Assembly (NCBI GenBank): GCA_002633005.1
Contig: NMRA01000097.1
Span: 322,686-386,685 of the forward strand
Direction: 5' to 3'
Length of the DNA: 64,000 bases
DNA from: Phoronis australis
Taxonomy: Eukaryota > Animalia > Phoronida
Part shown: one piece after another, positions 12,301 through 27,300 of the stretch
How positions within the stretch are numbered: position 1 is the first letter of the stretch
Layout of the letters: the number at the start of each line of letters is the position of its first letter
Notes under the pieces: model-generated
Told to the model about the DNA's origin: nothing
The model's database searches: none
The model's input: the letters and a program-made list of their open reading frames with translations, nothing else
Position numbers and translations under genes: made by a program

Positions 12301-15300
12301 CGTTGTTCTTAGAAACTTCAATATGGCAGCTCTTGATGCCTGTATAATTCAAGGGTTATCAAACAGCACTAAATTGTGATAACCAGAACTTGAAGTAGCT
12401 TACAGAAGCAACCTGAAAAAGCTGATGGACTGTGGATCAGTATAGATGGGAAATAAGAGGTGTCACAAACGTTTGTGCTGGAAAACATCTGCTTTGCCCA
12501 ACTGGCTTATAACATGTCCTGATACACTGCTGTAGAAGATCAAGTGCCAGATAAAAAAATGAATGGACATACATGTAGCAACGCATACCAATGTTTCAAG
12601 ACACGAGCAGTAGTACTAATGCTGAAGTTATTATAAGTGTCACAGATTGTACCAAAGATGTACAAAGAAAACGAATTAGACTTCCAAAATCTGGAACACC
12701 AATTTAACCTTAAAACATTGGAACATTCTGACACATGAGTGCATCTTTTGTGAACAGGAAAAGTATATTGTGGATCGCAATTCAAGAAGAAGTAAGATTT
12801 TGATAGCTTTGAAAATTAGGTTATGTTTTTGAAAGGTACATCCCAGTGTTTTCCTAGTGTGTTCAATATTATCACCAGTTGCTTTTTAGCTTGTTCAGCT
12901 CCTTTACTGACCAGGCCTAAGACAATACCACTGGCTCCGTAGAGATGATGATCATACCACATGTCTTCCGTATGTTAGGTGCCTTTCGGCAAATGGGGCT
13001 ATTTACAAAATTTACATTAACTAGTGGGCGCGCGTGTACTAGTGGTGATAGATTAAGCAGCGTTGATTTCGCCACCCCTTTAAATACATGGTGAAATGGC
13101 TTGCAGCGGTGTCAACTGAATCTGAGATTGTGTGAAAAGGGTGCTTTTGTGAGAGGAAGTAAGCACGACCTTATACACTGTAAAATGGTAAGGTTTGTTA
13201 TTATTTGAACGATTATTCCATGTTTATTCTACTGATGCCTGTTAACTGAGGTATTCGCCGGTGTCGAGTTTGCGGCAGTCGCCAGTCGGGTTAGTCTTTG
13301 TTGTGATGTGTGTTATGATACTTGACGTAGCACTCGGGATATTTTCGTACACCAAAGCAGCATTATTGTTTGAATGATTTCTAACAGGTTTACCAGTGGC
13401 AGTTACATCAACCAATGCTGAATGTTTATGCTGTCAACTCGATATTGGTTAGTGAGTTAAGATTACAATTCAAGCCCAATGGCAAAGGGTACGTGACAAA
13501 TATCAATTAGACTATTTGTTTACTCCCTACCCTATGTCTTCCGGAAATCTATTACACGTTGAAATGGAAATCTATCTGTCTGTTTTCACGTGACCTTTGG
13601 GTTTTAGGTTTGAGGGCTTGTACTGGGTAGAGAAGATATGCATCGCACCAGAGCATTCCCACACACCAGCAGTGTTGCACGGCACAATGTACAAGTCAGT
13701 GGCCCCGGAGAAATGTGATCCAAAGTACTAAGTTACCACAAGACCATATGCCAGTGGATTGTTTGTGTATGAGGATGAACTGCATGTATGTGTGACTGCT
13801 ACACAAGTCAGCCTCGTTGGGGGAAATGACGATTGTCTTTATTGTCAGTAGAAGGCCCGTTCATGTTACACTTTGATGATCGAATTCGTGTTTCACCAAC
13901 AGGCAAGTTTGTCACTAATTATTGAAACCACGGAATCTCTTCAGTTTTGAAGCCCCATACATTGCAATGCTGCTTATTCTTGATAAATCCGAAATGATTA
14001 CCAAATACGCTTGCAAATTTTTTTTTTCCTGTTGACCTATAGATATGTGCAGCGATCAAAATGGAATACTCCATTTGTTTCCATTTGATTTGTTTGTGCG
14101 TCTAATTTTTTTGGAGCTTTCTTAAGAAGGCCTTTGAAAAATTTTAAGTTTTGTTTTAACCTGCCTATGAACAAAGGTTCCACATGCGAGAATAGTATGT
14201 TTTCAATTGTAGCTAGCTGGATAAGAATCTGCTATGCACAAAATTCAAGAATAAGCAATTATCAGTGTATTTAAAAACAAAATGGCAAACTGAACAACCA
14301 CACACATACAAAGGAACAGCATTGTTGAAAACAACTGTAATTTTCCCAATGCAACGCAGTCTATAATCAGGCATATCAAGTGCAGGATTTCTGAATTAGG
14401 TTCAATTCTCTCGGGTTATTGCTTTTCACTTGGCCCAAAGGTAAAATAGACGTTCAGGCGGAAGGTTTCAGTCGTTTTCTCTCACCTGTAATAGAATACG
14501 TAGAAAAATATTAGCAAATTATAAAAAAATACAAGACAAACTACTTTTGTAGGGCAGAACATACATGAAGTTTCATCTTCATGTTTACATGCAGAAAATA
14601 ATAACCGTTCTACCAAAGTCTTATTTAAGATCTGAATTAAAATATGTGAACCATGCTAAAAGTGTTTTAACAATGTGTATTTTTCATGACAACTAATACG
14701 TGCTTCTAAATTCAACAAGTAAAATTCATTCTAAATGTCAATTTTAGTCCAATATAATGTGACGACATTTACTGAATACTGCTTATTCATGTTAAATCGG
14801 TAAATAATTTGGTAGTCCTGGGGGTGGGGTCCGCTACAAAATAAGGAAACTTACACACCTAGAGAATTTTATTAGACATAGCATAGTTTTGAAGAGAAAC
14901 TGCTGTGAAAAAGTCACCCTTGACTTCTGAGCGTCACGTACCATACGCCTCTTATATTTGGCGCAATCCCACCCAGGACAAAGTGTGAATATGTGCTGCA
15001 AGCCTACAAGGAATCCGAGTCCCTGGTGAGTTTCCGAAAAGAAACTCTTAGTTCCACTCAATAAACCCGTTACTCATTGGGGTAAACGGTGGGGATAACA
15101 TCAAAGAACGATGTCGACAGATTGCTAAAACTTACCAAGCAACGTTATGTAGTCTTCCAAACACACATAGAACACACACGGGGCTTCGGCATAGTCACAC
15201 TTTTTGTCAGTTGGTTGACCTCGTTGACCGCAATTCTCCATGGATGTAGTGACCTTAGGATTTTGGGAATTTGTAACAACCTGTCGAAGACTTGCACCCG

Positions 15301-18300
15301 GGAAAATAGCACTAATAAGGCTTAGCGCGACGACGTATTTTCGTAACAATTCCACCTTTTTACCAGCTATCTACATGCAGACAGCGACACATGCGCAATT
15401 CAATCACCACTAGTACAGCAGCGACACCGCCAAGAGAATTCACCGAATAGCCTCATTATGCATCACACTGATGAATCCATCAGTCAAGTTGCTATGAGTT
15501 TAAAAATACCTTTTTACTGTAGAGTGATGCCTCAGAAGGCCGTTAATGTTTTTGTATTTGTTCCCAGTATAAACAAATTCTTCTGCAATCATGTTTTTAG
15601 AACAATCCGTTGTTCAGTTGTCAAAATCGACACTGCTTGGGCCAGGGGACAACAATATGGCGTTATACTGTGGGTGCGGTTTTTAAAGAATTCCACTCAC
15701 TTTACCGTCTTAATCTGTCTATATCCGCATCACCTCACGATCGATTTTACTTTGCCAAGAGGTGTAGCATTAACGTGTGAGGAAGGTGATAAACGATGCA
15801 GCGACGTCAGTGGTTCTTCGGCAGAGTAAATGCCGCTATGGTCTTGTGTATCGTTTCCGCTTGTGCGAACTATGAAGCTGCGAGGAAAGCCGGTACATGC
15901 TTTTTTATGATTTTCTAGAGAGTCCATCATTCTTCGGAAGTGGATCGTGGTAGTGAAGAATCAAAACAGCGCCGTTAATAGCAAATATGAGTACGTAAAA
16001 TTTCTCTGTGTCTGTCATTGTCCTGCACTTCGTCAGATCGGTGGTTCATCAGTTTTTCATTATGGAGAATGGCAGTTGGCCATGAAAACATAAACAATTA
16101 CAAGTATAATTAATCCAAGGCGTGAGAACATAACGTTTTATATAAACTGTTTGATGACTGACTCGTTCGTTCGGCTTCTGTCTGGTCCTCCGAGCGTAGG
16201 ATATTAGCCGCAACTTCTTTTTCTCAGCCCTAAAAACGTCGTAAGCACACATTTTGTTAAATGCGGCGCAAAATCTGGATAATCCGTGAGACAGATCTGC
16301 CCTTTTCCATGAATTTGTTTCACTTGAGGAATTTCGTGGCAGCAAACGCCGTCAATCGGTCCATCATCGTGCAGTTACCTCACTGACACCATGACAAGTT
16401 CAAACGGTTTTCGGAACTATTCATATGTTCCGATGTCAGTGCACGTTCACGCACTCTCTCTGTGATTTCTTGATCCGAGTACTCCTGTGAAATCTAACAA
16501 TCGACCTGTGCAGTCTTCGTCGGATGAGCACTCGTCTAAGTCGGGATTGCGAGTTACCAAGTTGACGTTTATATGCGCGTTGGTTTCCGAAAAGACTAAT
16601 TCTCACCTTAACCAAGTACAATGTATGCTTATATCAAACTGAAACAAAGTCTGTCTCATTAGATACAATTTGTATACGTTGGAGTGTTCGTGAGTGCAAA
16701 TGAACAAGTCACTGCATTACCGGATTTAGATGTAATAAACGGCGGCTACTTACAGACCGTGGGCCGTGAATCCCGACGTGAGAGCATGTTAATTCAGTGT
16801 TTGCTGACAGAAAGCTGTTGCAAAATAATAACTCCATTTTATATCCTATTGTTAGATATTAGGGAAATCTTTATTTAGATATCCATATACATTATTCGTA
16901 TCATTGTTAATGTACAACTATTGCCCTGACGGTTCTGAGGAAGGGTAACCAGACTTCGCGGCCCCCGAAGAGCTAGTATGTAGATTTGCAGTTTTGTGGC
17001 TAATTCACCAAATTAATCAGCATGCACATATTTTCTTTGGTTCACTAGTATAGTTTTTTCGTAACTAGAAGTTTAGTTTCCAACTTTGGCTGCTTTATGT
17101 TCGTGATGTCTTCAGTCCAGCAGCGAGATTGGCCTGGTAGAGTTCCGATCCACTGCCAGGGATAGCAAGCGTTTTGTGTGTTTAGAACAGAAAAAATGCA
17201 AGTCTAAAATAACAACACGCAAATATGTTCTCCAGTCTGTATTTCACGGAAGAAGAATTTGAATTTATCACCAAACAGACCCTAAACTCCCGCGACCGAC
17301 CTTGCCGTAAATTGGTCTACCGAACTTTGTTTGGAACAATACGTTCAAATACCTTAGAAAATAAATCTGAAACTAAATAAGGCGATCCACATCCTTCCAA
17401 GGATACTATTGATTCACGAAATGTAGAATATAAATAGGTAAATAAAACAACAAGAATGGATCAACTGAAATTTTCGGATGTAATAGCATTCTTGGTCAAT
17501 AGAAACGGAGACCTAAATATGCAAATGTAATCCAAAGATAAATACCTTGAGGCTTGAGAATCCAAGTACCACATGTCATCACGTTATCAAAAGATATGAA
17601 GACAAAGCTTGTGGAGAGTGGAGAATCCACAGTTTTCAGAGATGTTTTTCTACAGTTTTGTTTGGAGTTCATTGAATGAAAGCTTCTAACATATGGAGTT
17701 GTCATTCGTCTTTCAAAACTAAAGCAAGCCGTGCCTCAGAAAGCTGGAGTGCACGAAGTTATTTGGACAGGCAATCTTACGAAACGACTGTTGAAGATAT
17801 TAACTGTTGCAGCCTGGGCCCAACTAAGAGAGACGAAAGTTAACTGAGGCTAGTGAACAGTAGTTCGCTTGCTGACACACTAAATAACACACATTACGGC
17901 GTCCTGTCGTTCAGTAACTTTTCCAGGCGTGAGGGGTGCTGAACGTGCGCTAATATCTGGCTTAACTTAACTTTCATTTTTATCAGCCCACCCCAGTAAG
18001 GCTAGATACGATCTGATCGGAGATTAGAGCAATTATAAAACAAAAGAGCGCAGGCCCTCCTACCATCAACGCCAGAATGGAGTTGATTGGCTACGGGGGT
18101 AAACTTCCCAACTTGTTGTTGAGCTATACAATGGAACAAGTTGGGAGCAACGGGATGTCGCCGTCATGAGCTCATTATGATATATTTTAAATCAAATATT
18201 TGCCCAAATCCTGCCTACATTCAAACAAGGACTCCGTGTTTGACCCTTCAGTGCATGTGGGCCAATCACCAGTTTGCAATGTTGTATCCTCTTTAATCGG

Positions 18301-21300
18301 TCGTAGTTGGCTCCTTTGGCGGTGGAGCTTTGCATTTAAAATGGATGGCAATGCCCAGAGCTCTATAAGCATTACTAAATGAAGTACGCTGTGAGTGCAA
18401 AAAGAACCTGTGAGCAGGGAAACTGAGTTTGTGCTGCAATGCTGAGTCAAACTGTGCAGAAATGTCCAGCTGTGACAACTGTAATAACATAAGCAACACT
18501 GACTGCATAATATTGGATAGTTCTTTGACAAGTCAACCGTAATAGACCGTCAATTTCTCTAACTCCGTTGTTTCATTTATTTTTGCAATAAAAAAGTGTG
18601 AACTGTGGATTTTAGTTGTTTATCTAGTCAAAGAAAAAAATACTTTCATCAATGTCATGTGTTTGTCCCATACTGCTTGCTAAACGCTGTCAGAATAACC
18701 TATTATTTTCACACAGTCGTGTGCACATTCACCCTTCATTCAATATTGTTTTTGTATAAAGTATCACTGGTGTTTTATGCAAACAAGCTATATTTTACGC
18801 TATTAGTCAAGGGTTCAGTCATTGAAGCACAAATTCTGCCCAGTCCCAAGTGTTCTGTGTTTTTTGTGTTTCCAGACAATGCCAGAATAACCTCCCAGTA
18901 ACATTCAGACTTAGTTCATATTTTTGTCAGCAGGTGTCACTTTACAATTTTTAACTTTCACAGATTACAATTAGTCTACAATAGCGAAACATGTAATGTG
19001 AATGTATTGTTGAATACAATGGCATTGACGGGGCCGCCTATTTAAAGAGCTAGAAGGGAATGTCGTTGATAATATCTGTTGAACCCGTTCATTATAGTTT
19101 CAACCATTTTTATTGTTGCACTTGACCCATTTGGCTACCGTTTTAAAGATCTCAAAAGTTCCGCACAACGGTTTGTAACAAATGTTCAATACGGGTTACA
19201 AAATTTCCGCCACTCGGTAGACTGGGAAAAATTGCTGTCTAGGGAAGAGCAAAAATCTTTTACATTCCACTAGGATTTAAGCAATTAGGTTAAAAATATT
19301 AATTTTCGGTGCATGTGGACCGCCTTTACGACTAGACCATTTACTCACTGCACGTCCGATATGCCCGCTGTCTGTTCCATCATTCAAGTTCCAGCTCCAC
19401 TGGTGAAAGTTGTACTCGGGCAATCTCTGTGTGCTCCCGTCATTTGTCACGACTGTTGGCAAATAAAATACCGCGTACTAGACATTCCCTAACAACCAGT
19501 ACTTAAACTAGAGACGCCTAACGATATAATATTATATTAAATACCACAGGATTCAGAAACCCACATCTAAGAACAGCGAAAAAGCCGTTCAAATTAGGCA
19601 GTAATATTTTTCTCTAATTATAAACACTAAATAAACAATATTTTGCCGTGTGTGACGGAATTGTACATGTCTTGACGAAACCATCAACAGTCAAAATGAG
19701 TACAAATAAGCACCTTAGAGCGTGAGTTTGTAAACTCCTTATCTTTTGAACAGCAGTACCTGCACTGATGTCAAGGTCATAGCGAATTTCTTCCACGATA
19801 ATTCTGCTTGCGGAGTTCCAGCCCGTATTGACGTCCATAGAGCCCTCTGTTCTGGCAATATGAATTTGAATGGATCTCAGTCCTGCTGCGATGTTGTCGC
19901 ACAAGCCTTCAACTTCGGGAAGAAAACAAATCCAACAATCTTGCGAGAAAGTGTTTTGTCTATTTGACAATCTCACTCGAGGTGTTCAAAAACTCGCTAC
20001 CCTAGGCAATTGCATCGCCAATGGACGCTATAGACGTGCACAGGCGACAGCATACCCCAGCTATTTTTTTTTTTCATAATGCTGCAAATGAGATCGAATG
20101 GAGTATGCTTATATAGGCAATGAGTTATAATTCAAGCACACTGAATCTGGAGACAATTTTGACCACCCAATATCAGGGTGCTCAATCGAAAACGGGAATC
20201 CCGGTGTAAAACTGATACCCTGGAGTCTTGAACAGACACCAGCACCTTCAAAACAGCTAACCAGCCCGAAAAACTCGAAGCCTGACCTTTAAAGCAGCAA
20301 CCCCAGCGATAGGACAGGTCACGGGCACCCAGAGACCGAAACACAACTCCTGCACTTTCTGCCAAACTTCGTTTGATGAAAAATAAAACCTACTTCAAAT
20401 ATTTGTTGTGATATGTTTAAACCTGACAATTTTAACCAATTTATTACGGATTAGCGTTCTAAGTTACTGCTGCAAAAGTTGTGGTGCGATCTTTTGCGTC
20501 GGCGTTCGGCGCCATGAAATATTGGGTCACCTAGAGGTCAGTTTCATTTTTCCCCAATTCGAAATTCAATCACTGTTCTTAGTCCACAAGGTTGCGTAGA
20601 TGTTACAACAAATTGTACAACAATAAAACTCGAAACTCGAAATACTATTTTTGCTAATAAAAAATTATTAACGGAAATAACGTGTTGAGATTGTCGGTAA
20701 AGATTTTGTTGGAATTCGCCAAACACAAGTTGAACGAGTTTTACCCATAAAAATCACATAACAGAGTCAGTATAAGATAATTTACGTTTCATTATTGGCA
20801 ATTTTAACACTTAAATGCTGAAAACAACTAGAAAGTACTTGAGGTTGCTTTAACTCAAAATCTGAGGCTAGTGACGACGGTCTCAGATAAAGGTTGGTGT
20901 TTCTGGGGGTGGTTAGGCGTTTTGAAGGTGCAGGCAACTGTTTCCGAGTCCGTGCTATTTATTTTACACCGAAGCTCCTGTATCAATGGAACACCCTGAA
21001 TTTAAACTAATCCAGTGAAATCTGCCGAGGGTCACTTGAGCTTCTCTTCCCTGGGAAAATTTTGAGGTAGTTACGCGAGATCACATTACTTAAAGAACAT
21101 TGTAGAAACGACATAATTCTTACAGCATTCCTCCGGACACGTGTACAGGAAAGGTACAACGTCAGTGATACTGGTTGAATCTCACTTTAAACGTAGGAAT
21201 TAGTAACACTATATTACATATCCCAGTCCTACATTTAAAAACCCGACCGAAATCTGATAGTGACGTGTTGTACAGTGTACCAGCCTACATGTAATCATTT

Positions 21301-24300
21301 CGTCACACGCTCACTTAACTCCCCCCCCCCCGGTATTTCCACCTTTCAGAGCGAAGTATCACCAAAGCCAAGGCATAGTACGGACGTAACTTTACTTCGG
21401 ATTAAAGGAAAATTTCACCCGATTTAATTAGTCATTTTTACCGTCTTAATCGGTCTATATACACATCGCCTCTTATACGGTGGACCTCACCTTCCCGAGA
21501 GGTGTCGCGTTATCCTGTGAGGAAGGTGAGAAACGACGCAGCGACGTCAGTGGTTCGTCTGCAGAGTGAATGCCGCTATAACGCGGTGCATCGTTCCCGC
21601 TTGTCTGAACTAAGAAGCTGCGAAGAAAGCGGGTATATCGTTTTTTTCGACTTCCTCGAGAGCCCAAGATGCTTAGGAAGTGGCTCGCTAATATCAAGTG
21701 TGAGGCCGTGAAACATCTCCGTGTCTGTGGCCGGCATTTCGTCGACAGTGATTTCTCTGACGAATTCCGGCTTACCAAACAACTATCCATACATGTATGT
21801 TACGTTGCCTGTGCACGTTCACGGCGCCTCTCTAGTATTTCCTGATCAAGGTATCCCGGTTCGAATTGGTAGCCTGTGAAACCTAACGATCCGATCCGTC
21901 GGATGAGCTCTTGACTAACTATGTCGGAATTGGCGCCGGGCGAGTTGCCATGTAGACGTTTATTATTCTGCGTTCTTTTTCAAAATGAATTATTCTCATC
22001 CTAACCAATGCTTGTATAAAACTGAAACAAGGTCTGTCTCGTTAGATACAATTTGTAATGCCTTTGCCGTACTCGTGAGTGCAAATGTGGAGAAGCCAGT
22101 AATGAATAAACCACTGCTTTACCGGCTTTTGGTGCCGGCAATAAAGGTAATTGACCGGGCACCGAGCCCGTGTCGTAAGCGCATGATGCTAGGGTGTTTG
22201 CTGCTGACAGAAAGATGTTGTGGAACAATAACTCGTTTTTATATCTATGGTCACATGTTAGGGGACTCTTTATTTAGAAATACAAATACGTGTACATTAT
22301 TCAAATCATTGTTACTGCACAACCTTTGCCCTGGCGGCCCTGTGGAAGTCGAACCCGACTTCGCGCCCCCCGACAGATGAGTAGATTTTCAGTTTCGTGG
22401 CTAATTCCCATTATTTCTTTGGCTCACTATTATAGTATTTTCATGACTGGAGGTTTAGTTTCCAACTCAAGCTGATTTATGTTCGTGCCAGTCCCGGCGA
22501 CCGCGACGGGCCTGATCGGGTTCCGAGCCACTGGCCGGCCGGATAACGAGTCAGTCCGGCCGCGACGGGCCTGATAGGGTTCAGAGCCACTGGTCGGGAT
22601 AATAATCGTGTTGTCTATTTTGAACTAAAAAAATCATATGTCTAAACAACACGGCTCTAGGTTTTCCGTTATGTATTTCACGGAGGAATACTTCGAATCT
22701 GTCTCCGAACAGACCCCAAACTCCTGCTATGGACCTTGGTAAATTGGCCTGACGAACTTTGTAGGCTACGGTGTGTCAAGATACCAATAAATCCGTAACA
22801 GCGAAATAAAACAACACGCTTCTATAAGAACTCGGTGTATTTTTAAGGGTTTTACATCGAAGTTTGATTATTAATTGGTGTTAAACAATGAATTCAAGCG
22901 ATAACCTGACATCAGTAACCCGTGTTTTGAACTGCTGAACAGACTGCTTGTGAAACCAATTACGTAATTGGATAATTTCAACACCTCCGTCTGCCGCCAG
23001 GTATCAGGTAACACAACTGAACATGCCGTTATCGAGTAGAACCACTCGACCTAAATTGATACAAAATGGGTTGTTCTTGGGTGGCATTCTCTTTAAACCG
23101 CATTGTGGATTAGGGCTAGCTTCGGTCCAACCGCGGTTTGGAGCAGACGCGGTTTAGCCGCGTTCGGTAGGAAGAGACTTTCGATCAGTACTGCACATGT
23201 GTTTTTACATGCTACATACTTTGTGTAAATGTCAGCCACCAGATCTTGCGTTTTTGGCCTAACTTGCGTGAACGTGAAATATTTTGTGGTAATGGCTCGC
23301 AGTGAATAAATTAACGGACATTGCAGGCCAAATGAGACATAGTCCGATTTATTACTGCAATAATTTGCGATTTATTCCAATATTATTACTTCACTCAATG
23401 AGATAATAACTAGAATATTGATGACGAATAAAATATTTATTCCAGTAATAAATAGTTATTACTGGAACATATCAGATGCCAGGAATAAATGCTGTAATAA
23501 ATGTTCATTACAATATCTATTCCTCGATTGTTTGGCTGAAGAATCAGTAATGGAATTAACAGGGGAGTTATTACTGTGATAAATCGGACTGGTGTCTTTG
23601 CCGTGTCCCACTTTGTCTGTCTCCAGGTTTTGCTCTGTTCCTGTATTACTGTGTCATTATGTTTCCACTTTAGAATGAAACAAGTAACTACTGTACATGT
23701 ATGTTACAAAAGGTCGTGACTTGTCTTTAATCTTGTCTCTTGGTCACTTGCTTCATCAATGTTCTGCTGAGTGTAGAATTTTTTTTCTAAGGATACGAAC
23801 GGAACGGAATAAAGATTGTTAATAACCACAATTAATATAATTTGCAAATACGCTTACAAGGTGGCGAGTCCTTTATCGTAACGCCGCTTTTGTGTTTGGT
23901 CGAAACACGATTCCTTTAAGAGTGCCGAACAAAGGGTGACTACCGGCTGATTCGCATGCTCCACACTGACATCCAACTTTTACGGCGTACACACCGTTGG
24001 CATTACTGTGTAACTTTCACGTCTTTAGGAATTTTGAATACACATACTTTCTCCGTCAATTTTCTTTTTCTACAGCCTCTATATTTGAAAAACGCAGCAT
24101 ATCACGAACTTTCCTAAGCATTGCGGTGGTAAAAACGACAATGACGGAGACGGTTTTCCATTAATTAGATGCAATCCCGATAACAAAAATATATTTTTGG
24201 ACTATTTAGCTTGCTTCTTAGCAACAGGTTTACTAAAGGCTATTAAATCTCTTAAGATGAATTAATGACATTCTTTTTGAGACATACATGTAGGTTCATG

Positions 24301-27300
24301 GTGGAAACTCTTTAATTAAAGCACTGTTCGACGGATCAGAACAAAGCACGTGTAATACCATGGCAGGGAAATGAAACATCCATCTGTGTTATTGACATGT
24401 CGTACGCACATGCCTTGCCATACTTTAAATTCACTATTTAGACAGATGGTAAATTTAAACAGTGATGGATTGTTAGGTCATTAAATGTTTTCATGGTTGA
24501 GGAGAATTTTGCGCTCAACATGATTTTATTTGGATTGTTCTGAAACAAAGTGGAACCCCTTGACCTCCACACTCCTCGGCTCCCTCGACCCACGAACCCC
24601 ACTACCTACAACCCCCTCGTCTCACAACTCTCGTTCCCCTCGACTCGCGCCACACAACCCCTCCGACCCAGTCTACACAAGCTTGACTCGATCTGAATAT
24701 AGAACAAGCGCTAAACTTGTAGGACCAATAAGTTGGACCGAGAGCTTGGCAGGCTTTTCCCTGTTATTTTGTCCAATTAAGGTATCGATTTGGCAAGTTT
24801 GAAAGCCAAAAACAGAAAAAAAACGCGGCCAAATCAAATCAAATGCCTACCAACCTTACAAATGTGTTTTCTGGCAAAGTGTAATCGTCTCGTCTGCTCT
24901 TCAGTGAATTGCAGATTTGACCTTTTTTGCGGAGAGTTCGCGGAACCGACACAACTGTAATTTCATTAGTAAAAAGAGTTTGAAAAAAAACAACTTTGAC
25001 CAAAAAGTATTTTAGCTAATCAGGACCACAGGCGTTCTCACGCCACTTTCTGTTTTTTAAAAACCAGACTTCAGCCAGAGCAGTCTCGCATATGGTATGT
25101 CTTATGGGAAAGTTTCCCAACGACGTAATAAGATTATGAAATGTGTAAAAAGAACACAGGTATCTCTTCTGCTAAAGGTTGTGGGTGGAGGGGGTCGTGG
25201 GTCAAGTGGATCGTGGGTTTAGTGGGTTTAAGAACAATCCCTTATATCTGTAACCGTTTTATGCAATCGTCTCCTTTGGGACGACAGGCGGTTCTAAATT
25301 GCAAATTCTCTCCACTAAAATCCATACGAGGCAATACCTTTAAGCGACATTGGGACATTGATGTTATGCATTTCTCAGATTTTCTCAGATATTACAAAAC
25401 AACCGATTTTAAGCACAATCGGAAGGTCTCCAATTTGCGGTTGCAGGAAACAGTCCCAAATAGGGACTGAACTAAGCTCCCTCGAGCTTTTGTGTACTTG
25501 TTTCCTTCTACACTTACAAATATAGTTATTTTTCTATCATTTTGTCATTATTATCAGCGCCTCCTTAACTGATGGCAATTTCTCATAGTTTAACTAAAGA
25601 CTGAGCCTTAAATTCAGTAGAATTAGTCAAGGACTTAGATTAGGCATGTTGCATGAAAAGATCCATATTCTTTTTAATAATCTTGAGAATTCAACCTGAA
25701 CTTCAATCTCGATTTGTATCAAAGTCACGCATTGACTTACTGATGAGATTCAAACAACAAAATAAAGAGGAATTAGTGTTCTCACAAACCCAGGAATACG
25801 CAGTAAATCTAGGGAACTTAGTTGAGTCCCTATTTAGGACTGTTTCATGCGACCATGCGCTGAAGCTCTCATCTAGACGCAAGAGCTTCATGGCAACTGT
25901 TCGACAAAGTAAGCTGCATTGTATATTCCCGTCCACTTACTTCCTCCGGTTCCATCATAGGTGGGGTCAACAACTTTGGGTTCAAGGCGGGTGTAAATAC
26001 CATCTATGACACCAGGGCTTGTACAATCATGGCCGTCAAAACGAATCAAGTAGCGCAGAGTGCCATATTGGTACAGGTAGATATTGGATTGAAACAGAAC
26101 GCGAATGGCAGAGTCCGCTGCTCTCTTAAAGTACTTGTACGTCTGGAATACAACAGAGACATTTTGAGGCAACAAACTCAGCAAAAGAATTCTCAAGTAG
26201 AGGATTACGTACAGTTACCCCAAAAAGCTACCTAAGCTTTTCTCCTTGACCATTATATCGGAAGAAACAGCTACAAAAACAAACATTTAAAAACTAGTGT
26301 GAATGGATGTCAGTTCAGCCAAAACAATAATGTTGCAGTATCATGGCGTTTTTAAATTCGCTCTAGTGTCAATTATTTCGCTGCAACAATGTTATTTACA
26401 GGCAGCTATCTAAGCTGTCAATCACTCGAGTACATTTGCCACTCGAGCTGCATGTTGCTTATGTTTGCAGTGGTTCCTCTGTTCAGTCCGCCAATGCTGT
26501 GCTAACTACAACCATGCTGTTCCAAATAACTGTGTAAATATATATTAAGCGGTTTTTGAATCCAAGGTGTATGCTATTCACTTTCCGCTGGGGGCATACA
26601 GCACAAACACCGACAGTCTGCCACGCCCAGTGGCATAGTGTGCAGAATCAAACTTCATCAAATGGCAATTCCTATAATGGAACGAACAAGTGCAAATTTT
26701 ATCATTTTTGACATGATTGTCTAATCTGGACATTTCGAAGAGTGCACGGTTATGCAAAACAGATAATTAGCAGTTGTTTTTCCCAAGAGGCACTGTTTAT
26801 TTAGGTGAAGTGGCAATGAAGCTTTACGCCGACAGACACCTTGGTCAACTTTAAGCAGGCAAAAAATAATATCAAACCACATTAAAGTTTTAGTTTGATT
26901 AAAACGTTATCTAGCAATTGGATTGCTATGGTTTGATAGTAATTTTTCGAAATGCATGTGCAATTCGTTCGGAAACCATATTTGGGTAACGTTTTTCGAT
27001 CAATTGACGACTCTCCTGTATTAATGCGTCTGGAACAAAGCGCGAAGCTTTGACAATGCAAGGAACACAACGAAGCAATTGACAGTAAGACCAAAAATGT
27101 TATCCAAATTTTTGTTTCTTAAATAGTTAGTTCTGAACACCCTTAACTTGTGGAAGTGAGACAATGGCAACTACTTTCGAGCAATATGTCCAAAATTGGT
27201 GACTTGAACTTAAGGTGATGAACGGATCTTAGCCAAACAACCGCAAACATTCGTGAGACTTGCATTACACTAACGTCACCGTGCACTCTGTATCCACTCG

